Of a stretch of 64,000 bases of DNA, positions 49,704 to 60,151 are shown piece after piece. The notes under the pieces were generated by a model. The model did not search any database. It saw nothing but the letters and a program-made list of their open reading frames with translations, and was not told the DNA's origin. Made by a program: the position numbers and the translations under genes. Source of the stretch: Takakia lepidozioides (lineage: Eukaryota > Plantae > Bryophyta); the NCBI GenBank assembly GCA_030704615.1, contig CM060731.1:95852001-95916000 (forward strand). Direction: 5' to 3'. Position 1 is the first letter of the stretch. Each line of letters starts with the position of its first letter.

Positions 49704-51351
49704 GTCGCAATCCATGCACGAGCCAACAGGATGACACTGGAGCTCGGTGGCATGGTGAGACGGACGAGGAGATGGTGCCCGGATGGCATGCATCTGCATT
49801 TCTGTGTATCTTGGCAGCGGAAGGCCAGGTTGGACCTGCAACAGGGATGACTGTAGATCAAGTGTCTGAGGACCCTGAGGCCAGCAATGAGCAAGGTGGC
49901 GCCAAAGATATACATGAGGATTCAGTTGTGTTGGACTACCTCCGCACTGGAGACACGACAGCCACTGTGACTGCCAAGGAGAGGGATCGGATCCTACAAC
50001 GAGCCAAGAGGTTCAAGTGGGAGGGGACACACCTGCTCCGAGTGTGGGAGGATGGTCGAGTGAGGATTGTGCCTCACCCAACACAGCGGGCACGGTTAGT
50101 GCGCCATGCCCATGAGGAGTTGGGGCATTTTGGGGTGCGACGCACTCATAGTCTACTGCAGGGGCAGTATTGGTGGCGTGGTATGCACACAGAGGTGCAA
50201 CAATTTGTGGCTAGGTGCATGGTGTGTGACAGGGTGCGTGCTTCATTCAACGCCCCTACTCCACAATTGCACCCTCTTCCGATCATGGGATTGGGCTACA
50301 GGTGGAGTCTTGACTTCGCAGGGCCGTTGCCACTGACCATGCGCCACAACAAGTACGTGTTGGTGATGGTGGAGCACTTCTCCAAGTGGATTGAATTGGT
50401 TCCATTGCCTGATAAGGCTAGTGAGGGAGCTGCGTATGCATTCTTGGATTGTGTGCTTAGCCGATTCGGTGCTCCAGCTGAGGTACTCACGGACCAAGGG
50501 AGAGAGTTCTTGGGGGAGTTTCAGGCGTTGTGTGACAAGGCCTTGATAGACCACCGCACCACTTCTCGGGATCATCCTGAGGCCGATGGCTTGGCAGAGA
50601 GAGTTGTTCAGACAGTAAAGAGGGTTTGCGCAAGTATGGCTTGCAGAAGGGACACCTAGGAGATTGGGACCTTCAGTTACCCTGGTTAGCCATGGGCTAC
50701 AGGTTCAGCAAGCAAGCATCACTTGCCTCCTTCTCACCATACTTTCTTCTCTTTGGCCGAGAGCCGGATTTGCCTACATCCATTCGCAGAGAAGCTGCTA
50801 CAGTTCTTAACCTTGACGATCCGGACGTGTGGGCACGTGCATGTGAGCAGCGTGCAGAGTTGTTCAAGAGAGTCATGCCCATGGCTTTCGAGAACCTTGC
50901 CATTGCACAACACCGTGATACGTTGAGGTATGCTACCATACGTGGTGGGGGCTATCGTCCTGGGGTTCGGAGATTCAACCCTGGTGACTATGTCTATCTG
51001 CAGCAGACTGCTCCTACGACCCTGGATGTGACTGCAGGACGTGTTATTTTGAGGGTTCGAGAGGTCTTGCCCTCAGGCGTCTTGGTCTTGGAGGGTCGGG
51101 ATGGCATAACTTGGAAGGACCATGTGCGTAATTGTGCGCCATGTCACCTTCCGAATGTCGATGGCAGGATTGACCCAAACCTGGCAGTGGTATCTGCAGG
51201 TTTGAGGTGCATGTTGTGTGGGTCTGCTAAAGGGGCAGCCACCATGCTGGTGTGTGATCGATGCTCTAGAGGTTGGCATATGGGATGCTTGACTCCACCT
51301 CTTGAGATGGTTCCGGATGGGGATTGGTTATGTCCACATTGCATTGGATAG
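49676..51351 (+). CDS. Family B integrase + C-terminal PHD finger (51208-51348)
   Basis: HHCC, DDE core, Cys4-His-Cys3 PHD; one frameshift near 50623. Confidence 0.95.
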
Positions 51352-51611
51352 TGGGAGTGGATACAACCATGGAAGGCTAACAAGAAATGCAAGGCCCAGC
51401 TACTAGGAGACCTTGAACACACGAGGTCCTGGCTCAAGTTCACAGATTGCAAGATGGCGACTAACGATGGGGCTACTCTTGTACCCGGCCTCTTGGTCTA
51501 TAGAGTTTGAGTGCAATAGGGACAGTGATAGAGGACTTAGTACGGCTGTGGCTATTACATCTTGTAGCTATCTGGAGTTAGAGGGACCTATCCACCAGCT
51601 AGGGGGGCGAT

Positions 51612-52120
51612 TGTGGCAGACTACTTTATTGTGCATATATGTGTGGTGTGGTTTGGACAGCGATGTAGTTGTGTAGCGATACGTATGCGCACGACAGCTG
51701 TCAAGTTAAATAAGCACAGTGTGAAACTAGCTAGAATAAAGCTAGTTATTTGTATTTAAACTTGTGTTAAATCAGGTGTCAAGTTTAGTTTGACACCTGA
51801 CCCGTCTTATCTTCACGAGAGCGGCAGTCGCGCGGCTCATCTCTCTCGAGTTGAGCCTGCGTGACCGAGCTCCTGCATCGTTTAGGACTGAGTGTGCTTA
51901 TGATGGGAGTGTAGGTTGTTGTGGGGTGGAGTCCCCATAGCTTGGGGTGCCCCTGGCTCGACTTCTGTTTTAAAGAGTGATGGTTTTGGTTGTCATGTTT
52001 TATGTAAACAGTGTGTACTTAGCTTTTCTATCTATTGTGGCAGACTACTTTATTGTGCATATATGTGTGGTGTGGTTTGGACAGCGATGTAGTTGTGTAG
52101 CGATACGTATGCGCACGACA
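51612..52120 (+). repeat. Family B 3' LTR with identical 85-bp direct repeats (51612-51696, 52036-52120)
   Basis: Follows PPT AGCTAGGGGGGCGA; TG...CA ends. Confidence 0.87.
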
Positions 52121-53420
52121 CGGCGCGCCAAATTTCCCTCACGCAGGTAATTCGCAGGCGGATGGATGGAAATCCGGGGCCGGATTTCCATCCGCAAGGT
52201 TGGGCGGAGAGCGGATGGATGGAGATCCGGCGCCGAATTTCCATCCTGCAGGTAATTCGAATCCCGGATGGATGGAAATTCGGCGCCGTATTTCCATCCA
52301 GCAGGTAAGTGGAATCCCGGATGGATCGAAATCCGGCGCCGAATTTCCATCCAGCAGGTAAGTCGGATCGCTGGCGTATGGATATTCGGCGCCGAATTTC
52401 CATTCGCCAGGTATTTCATCGCTCAGAATTACCTTCCTGCAGGTAATTCTGACCTTCATCGGTCAGAATTACCTTTCATCGATCAGAATTAAGGTAATTC
52501 TGAGCGATGAAATACCTGGTGAATGGAAATTCGGCGCCGAATATCCATACGCCAGCGATCCGACTTACCTGTTGGATGGAAATTCGGCGCCGAATTTCCA
52601 TCCATCCGGGATTCGAATTACCTGCAGGATGGAAATTCGGCGCCGGATTTCCATCCATCGGGATTCGAATTACCTGCAGGATGGAAATGCGGCGCCGGAT
52701 TTTCATCCATCCGGGATTGCACTTACCTGCTGGATGGAAATTCGGCGCCGAATTTCCATCCAGGGGATGGTCTCTATCGGAGAGGTGCCGGCCTCTCCGC
52801 CGCTCTGTTGGATATTCGGTGCCGAATTTCCGTCCGGGGGTTGAAATATGACGGCCAGGTGCCGACCTCTCCCTCCTCCCCGACTGCATTGGAACGGCCC
52901 CGGATTGAAATTCGGCGCCGTTTTCCCATCTGGGAGGTTTTTATGTCGGCCAGTTTTTTGGTTTGACCCCCCGACACGACTTCCTTTGGGGGGGCCGGAT
53001 GGAAATTCGGCGCCGAATCTCCATCCAGGGGATGCTCTCTGTCGAACACGTGCCGACCTCTACGCCCGAGGCGACTTCATCCGGGCGTCCCCTGCTCGAT
53101 ATTCGGTGCCGAATTTCCGTCCGGGGGTTGAAATGTGACGGCCAAGTGCCGGCCTCTCCCCCCTCCCCGACTGCATCCGAACCGCCCCGGATGGAAATTC
53201 GGCGCCGTTTTTCCATCTGGGGATGTTTTTATGCCGGCCAGTTTTCAGCCTGACCCCCCGACACGACTTCGTTTGGGGGGGCCCGGATGGAAATTCGGCG
53301 CCGAATCTCCATCCAGGGGATGTTCTCTGTCGCACACGCGCCGGCCTCTGCGCCCGAGGCGACTTCATCCGGGCTTCCCCTGTTGGATATTGGGTGCCGA
53401 ATTTCCATTTGGGGTAGTAA
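52121..53420. repeat. Palindromic array GGATGGAAATTCGGCGCCGAATTTCCATCC (53-bp spacing), arranged as a large foldback, then ~270-290 bp units
   Basis: Cores at 52229, 52282, 52335, 52388, then 52533, 52586, 52639, 52691, 52744. Confidence 0.9.
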
Positions 53421-53711
53421 TATGACGGCACGGTGCCGGCTTCTCCCCTTCAGCCGTCATCATCCGGACGGCCCCCCACTTTCTGACTGCATACCTTTGG
53501 CAGTTATTGCGCAAAGACCAGGGGCCGCATTCCGGAGACAAGGTTCATTAACACTCTGACTGTGGATTTTTGAGATAGTTGGCTCCCTGGATTTGGATCA
53601 GGCTTCGTCACTCGGACAAATCGGCATCGCATTCATTCCCATCGCTGCATCCCCCTTCTACCAGGGAGCTTCCCCGCACGCCATCCTGGCAGTCTTGTGT
53701 GCACATCTCCC

Positions 53712-56700
53712 ATGGCGGAAAACCCGAGCGCTACAGTGTACTGCCCTCCTCACGAGCATAGAGCTTCATTTCCGTGCAGAGGGACATCTGCCGGGTGATG
53801 GAGAAATATCTGTGCGTTCGATACCACCTGAAACCGGGGTCGGTTTTTTTTGGAGGAAATGAAGGACTCTAACGGCCTTGTTGTCGAGAGTATTGTTGTG
53901 CTCCACGATGATTTCGGCGATGACAGGGAATGGCGAGTTCCACCATCGGACAGCGTCATATACAAGGCTGTTGGGGACTTCATTTGCCCGCCAAATGCAC
54001 CTTCTATCCTGGCGCCTTCCACGAAACAATCCGCGAATCAGAGAGTGGTTACCTCAAAGAGAGAAGTCCGCAACGAAGTAAATCCAGAGCCGAACCCATC
54101 CATGAAGACGAGCGAGAACCGGGTTGTTCACAACCTGTCCGACTCAGACGAGGTCATGGAAGTTCCGAGGTCGTCCTGGAGATCAGGCAAGTCCTCAATG
54201 GACGTCAGTGGAGGAGGGAGTTATATTCCCAGCACGAGCACCGCTGTTCAATCTATTCTTGAAATTCTGCGAGGGCTTCACTGGAGGGACACCGGTCGGA
54301 GCTGGCCGGGCTGGACTACAGCAAGTTCGCAATTAAATCGGTTACATGCCTTCCCGCCGACGTCGACGGTAATATCTTCTTTGAGTTCCCTCCTCGGGCG
54401 GACTACTCGAGGGCGTTCGGAATGTTGACAGATATGGATAGAAAACATGACGGTCATCCTTGGTGCGTTACCAAAACCACCAACATGAAGATGCTTGATG
54501 GTGTGCGGGTGCGCTACGTTGTTTGTGCGGGCGCGTTGCGGTGTTTCTCCCCAACTTGCTTCCACTTTAAATCCAGAGGTCACAGGAACGAGACCGATTG
54601 GACAGGCACAACTCATCAACCATTTCGAGCTCAGGAGAAGGTTCCGAACTCCACATTTAAGTGTGCACATTGCAAAGAACCACCACACTGCATGTCTGTT
54701 TGTAATGCCAAGCAGTTCTATGTGTTGCACCGTTTCCCTGACCTCATCCGAGCTTGCATACACGTTGGTTCCCATTGTCACAAATTGACGAGGGGGAACT
54801 CGCGGGAGGCTGCCCACGAGCAGAGCAGCTCGTTCAGGAGGAGATTAAGTTGAGACCGGGTGCCAAACCCAAACAGATACAGCTCCAAGCCGCCCATAAG
54901 ATGGCATTGGCCAGAATTATGTTGGAACACGGCTCCGATAGAGTTCCTCTCGACGAGAAGGAAATGGAGGCATTGCTGGAGTCGGTGTCCCACGTATGTT
55001 CACCGAATGTCCGAAACCACATTGTCTCATGCAAAACAGAAAATTGTGCGTGGCTCGGATATGCACTCCATTCTAGAGGTGAAGTGACGATGTGGATATG
55101 ACTACATTCATGGAAATAGGTTTCCAAGACAAGGGACTGAGGCAGATCGTTGTTTCGTATTCAAAATGTCCACGTGTGGACCTGGCAGCGGCGTCGAACT
55201 GGTCGACAGGATGACGAGTGGGAACTTGTCAAACAGTTGGGTCATGTTTGACCATATCAAGCGAATTACAAATCACCAGTGGGTGACAATGGGTGCACAT
55301 GTCTACGACACCCACTGCAGGATGCTAATGACAATTGCTATTTGTGAGATGAAAGGAGATGACACACAATTGGAGATGCTTCTTTGGCAGGGAATAAACG
55401 AACAGATGGCCAAGGCGGGATTGCCCCCTCCGAATTTCCGTGGTTTCATGGCGGACAACGCACAAGCAAATTGGGCTGCCATCCAAAGGGTGTACGGGCA
55501 AGACCCCAATGTTCCCATGGAAGGCAAGGAGAGATCTTGTGGGTTCCATTTTCTGCAGAGCCTTTCGCAGTACACAACCAGGCTCGTGGCGCCAGATTTC
55601 AGAGAGGAGCACCGTTCCATGTGCCTTGCGTGGAAGCGCGCTCCCACCTTGGATGATGCAGAGACACAGTTTGCATGCATACGGGCTTGGTGGACATCGT
55701 CAGGTGCTGTAAGGAAATCAGACGAGGGAGCAATGGTCAGTTGGCTGGCATGGTGGCATTATCGTTTCCTCCAGTTCGGCGACTATATGCGGGAGGTGAG
55801 TTGCACGAATTCGCGTCCCGTTGAATATTATTCTTGGCCATATTTGTAACTTGCTTGTAACCTCAACATGTGCTTGTGCAGGAAATGTGTCTCGACTCCG
55901 ACACCGACATGCCCACGACAAACATGGCCGAATCAGTGCACTCTTCCTGGCGTGCCTCCTCTGCAGCGCATCTGGTGGACATCCTCACTGTCACAACGGA
56001 GGACATTGTGAGGTCAATTATGCAGCAATGCAGGTACAACGAGTTCTTGAAAGGGAAATAGTGGGGCTTGGGGCCGGACAGGCAGGAAATGCTGATGCGG
56101 ACCGCCTCTAGATCGAAGAATCCTCGGAAGTGGGCGGCGGCCTTGCGAGAGGGCCTTCGGGACACGCCATTGCTGCGAAGAGGCCAACATTTGGAAGGAG
56201 ATGTTCATACCCGTCCAGTGAGACGAAGACTTGACGAGGCACCTGGCGGAGAAGAGGATTCATGGCGAGCTGACAAGAATATTCGCACGCTCCCTCGTGG
56301 TCCGGTGATGTTGCCCGAGGAGGTCTCGTCGAGCACCGCAAGTCCTGCACGTTCAAGATCGCCATCTCCTTTGAGCACAGGGCGCGTGCCCCGGCAACAT
56401 AACGAGCCATCTGTAGTAAAGCAATACAACATTCCCATTGTGGAGACAAGAGTGTCGGAGTCACAGTGGAGAATTGCGAGGACATTGCCGGCATTTCGAG
56501 GGAAGTGCTGCGCCATCCGGGTGGATACGAGAGCACGTTGTGGTGAGATGATTCGAGGAACCCACACGGTGCTGTACCTGCACCTTGTTTCAGCGGCAGA
56601 TTTTTGACTCCCACATTTGCTCACGCCACAACGCAGACATTTTGGTTCTGTAGGCACGACATAATGACCTGTGTATTTGGCAAGCCCAAGTACGGGATTC

Positions 56701-57298
56701 AGGAATGCCAGAGCCTCCGGGCGTCTGGCCTGTTGCACCGGATTGCAGCCTCTCTCAGAATGAGGCGGATGCTCTATCTGCAGCAGGATTTTGAATGGTG
56801 CAACGCACAGACATCCCGGCCCACGCATTTCCGGTTCCTCAGACCCAGCCATTGCAGACTGCTCGGTCCAGTAGAGACGGATTGGACAATTCTGCACATC
56901 CCACAATGCGATTCGGAAGAGTGAAGAGACGACACCCTCCCAACAAGTTGAATGAGACTCTGATTGCCAATGCTCTTGGGATGGCTTGCACTATTCAGAG
57001 CTCCCTGGACGTACCCCCACCCGGCCTTGGGCGTGTGTATCGGATGGCAACGGCCGGCTCGGCTGTACGCGACGATGTATACACAATTACGATTGGAGTG
57101 GAGCCGACTTGCAATTGTACGGACTTCTCGTTGATGGAAGCAAAGAAGGGTTCGAAGTATTATCCGTGCAAGCATCTGTATAACATCTACCTGAAGAGGT
57201 TGAGGATGAACGTGACTATTGATGACTTTATTCATGCACCGGCGTTGAGCGTGAACGAGCTGCACAAACTCCTCCTTAGGGATTCCAGAAATCATTGA
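53712..57298 (+). pseudogene. Mutator-like transposase copy 2; intron 55796-55881
   Basis: DGHPWC..CAGALRC..CAHC..HCH; WVMFDH, FMADN, SCGFH, TTNMAES; SWIM CNCTDF..PCKH; several frameshifts and a stop. Confidence 0.88.
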
Positions 57299-57439
57299 TG
57301 GGGCAAACGGAATCCTCCATATGGATATTTTCAAATGCATTTTGCTGTATCAGACTTTTTTTTGCAGTGTAATGAAAAACTCCTGGAATGAGGCAATATT
57401 CCATTCAAACTGAGATCCAACAGAAGCAGTTGTGGGGCC

Positions 57440-57800
57440 ATTTCTGGAAAAATGGCGCCGAATTCTCTTTTTGGGGCCGAAAACTGGCTAAGTCCCAACA
57501 TGCACTGGTACAGTGTCTGGAAAAATGGCGCCGAATTTCTCTTTTTTGGCCGAAAACTGGCTAAGTCCCAACATGCACTGGTACAGTGTCTGGAAAAATG
57601 GCGCCGAATTTCCCTATTTTGCGCCGAAAACTGGCTAAGTCCGAACATGCACTGGAAAAATGGCGCCGAATTACCTGTCATGAGGGGACCTATAGCCGCG
57701 GAATTCGGCACCATTTTTCGCCAGAGAGACCTATTACCGCGAAATACGTCGCCGTTTTTTCAGGTTACGGACCCTATTACCGCGAAATTCGGCGCCATAT
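57440..57800. repeat. 3' subterminal GGCGCC repeats (73-bp, then 62-bp and 41-45 bp spacing)
   Basis: Cores at 57454, 57527, 57600, 57662, 57707, 57748, 57791. Confidence 0.8.
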
Positions 57801-58324
57801 TTGCACATGTCGCTGGGAATTGGCATGAGCGGAAGACAAAATATCATGAGCACAACTGTCAAAACTGCAATTTTCCCTTCAAGGGGCCGAATAATATATT
57901 TGTTTTTTCTGACACATTGCATTAAATTATTGTTTTTTTATTGTTTTTTTATTTTCGAAATTTGTACTTCTGCTCATGAAAAACCGATTGTCTTACTACT
58001 CTGCTCATGCCGCTCATGCTCATGAATGAAATAATAGCAAACCTCACAATGACCCTAGGGGTCCTGGGGGTTGCTATTCCATGAGCTCATGAGCGGTGAG
58101 CTCATGAGCTCATGAGCGGGCATGGCTAACCATGAGCCGCAAAGTAACACACTTCGAATTTCGGCAGATTTTTTTCGGGCCAAAACTATAAAATAATCAA
58201 AAATCGAAGATTTCGCGCTCATGCTGGAAGCACTCCGCTCATGAGTACCAGTGTACGCTCATGACTTGGAGCCCAGGCTCATGGACCGCCAGGCTAGGTC
58301 ATATAGAATAACTGAATTCTGGGC

Positions 58325-58800
58325 AATAACGGCACCGAAATTATCCCAGAGGCAGAGACGCAAGCGGAATTAGGATCCGGGTTTGCAGACTCCGAAAACG
58401 CAATGGCGACCTATAACCGTGGATAGTACTATTGCAGAAGTGCAGGATGGTTGGGTATAACGACGCCGTAATTGGGCACAGGAAAAGAAATAGCGGGCTG
58501 AAGGCTCGGGAGTGAAGCCAACAACGGGTGAAAGTAATTGGGCTCCGCCAACCAAATACCCGGCTGGATCCTCCGGAGTGCAGGCGATAACGGCGCCGAA
58601 ATGGGCCCCGGAAACCAAATACTCGGCTCAAGCCACCGGAGTGCAGCCGATAACGGCGCCGAAATTGGGTCCGGAAACCAAATACCCGGCTGAAGGCTGG
58701 GGATTGCAACCAATAACGGCGCCGAAATTGACCTGCGGAAACAAAATTCTCGGCTGAAGCTTCCGCACTCCATGTAATAACGGCGCCGAAATTGGGCGTC
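58325..58800. repeat. 63-64 bp tandem repeat with ATAACGGCGCCGAAAT
   Basis: Cores at 58592, 58655, 58718, 58782. Confidence 0.82.
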
Positions 58801-58823
58801 GGAGAGCAAATACCCGCCTTACG

Positions 58824-59396
58824 GTGAGGGAGGCCTTGCTCTCATTTTGCTCTTCACTCTTCTCTGTTGTGCCCATCTCCCTCCCTGCTTTGAGTTCGTG
58901 CTGTGTTGTGAGGCCATGTCGTGCCCGAATCACATCTATCGACGCAGACGGGAGTCATTTCCCGAAAGCAGACGACATCATTGTCTTCCTGGATGTTTAC
59001 AGGGACGATCCTCGACTTGTCCAGCTGAGAGCAATGGAGTTTCTTGCAGGATTGCACGATTCTCCTGGACCCCGGCTAGGGAGCAGGTGGTTCCTACGCA
59101 TCATGGACCTGGACTTTCCGCATGTGTGGGAGCCAAACAGATCACGCACAGCGTTGCTGTATCGCTGGAATTGTTGCGAGTGGACGTATGATGAGTGCAT
59201 AGGTGAAAACTTTACGCGTGGACGGACTGGCTCGGAAAGTGGGGACATTCTCTTCAGTTATGAGGATGAGGAGGAGGGGAACACAGGGCCCACTGTGAAA
59301 ATGTCCTTCTACAACAAGGGGGCGCTATCGATAAACACGACATCCTCGTTAGTTTCAACCGGGCGACAGAAACCACTGACATTTTATTCAATATAG
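58824..59396 (+). CDS. Unknown ORF convergent with the transposase inside family D copy 3
   Basis: 190-aa open frame with globular-looking composition; no motif recognised. Confidence 0.4.
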   Translation: MREALLSFCSSLFSVVPISLPALSSCCVVRPCRARITSIDADGSHFPKADDIIVFLDVYRDDPRLVQLRAMEFLAGLHDSPGPRLGSRWFLRIMDLDFPHVWEPNRSRTALLYRWNCCEWTYDECIGENFTRGRTGSESGDILFSYEDEEEGNTGPTVKMSFYNKGALSINTTSSLVSTGRQKPLTFYSI

Positions 59397-60151
59397 GCAC
59401 CCGGTCACTGAGGAGGTCCTTGAGAGGCCAGTTCGAGTTCCTTCTTCTTGGGCGAGGGGACCATAGGTCTTGCATGCTAGAGTAGACATGTTTCAACTCG
59501 TTGACACTCATGGCACATACATTTTCATTCAGAAATCAAGCAGCTTCCCTGTGCCATATGGGGAATATACATGCTTCGATAATCTTCTGTTAAGGTTTTT
59601 TGCAATTCACTGCCAGTATGCTGGGACGTGTCCTTTGTCGTATGGATTGCTGTTTGCACAAGGTGCAGTATGCAAATGCTGGAATGTGCAGCAGTAGGAC
59701 CCTTCCCACTGGGACACAGAACTAGCAATCTTGTAAAGGCATCACATTTGCAGAACAGTAACAATGTATTTGTAGCAAATTGGAGTCTTCTCATAAAGGT
59801 GGACGAAAATGCCAGGATGGGCTGCGAAATCACTACAAATTGAAGGAAGAGCAGTAACAAGGAAGCACTATGCAGTACACAGACCATAAATGGCGCTGAA
59901 ATAGGCCCAATGCCCGTTAATCTCCACACAATGTATGCTTTACTCGGATCCATTTGTAGACAACCAAAATAAAAAAAGCATGCGCATGCCATTCATGGCC
60001 AAAAACCACATTCTCATGTATTGCGGCACCAAAATTCACCTGTAGCCATGGCGATGCGGCACCACCAAGTGTATAATTCCTCACAAAAAAATAGGGTGCA
60101 AGAAGATGAATGTAATATAATTGCCACTTTCTCCTTCCCGAATGTGGAATG

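Larger units (their letters stand above)
44019..52120 (+). mobile_element. Family B gypsy copy 2: gag-PR-DNMT-(TAG)-RT-RH-IN-PHD, PPT, 3' LTR; 5' LTR not visible
   Basis: All domains collinear; catalytic motifs intact apart from single-base frameshifts. Confidence 0.95.
52121..58045 (+). mobile_element. Family D Mutator-like transposon copy 2
   Basis: 5' palindromic array, transposase, 3' array, terminus ...GCTCATGAATGAAATAATAGCAAACCTC. Confidence 0.85.

Noticed and set aside
51612-52120. DIRS/Ngaro element (split direct repeats, methyltransferase)
   Set aside because: The element has a DDE integrase, protease and PPT, no tyrosine recombinase, and the MTase is C5-type
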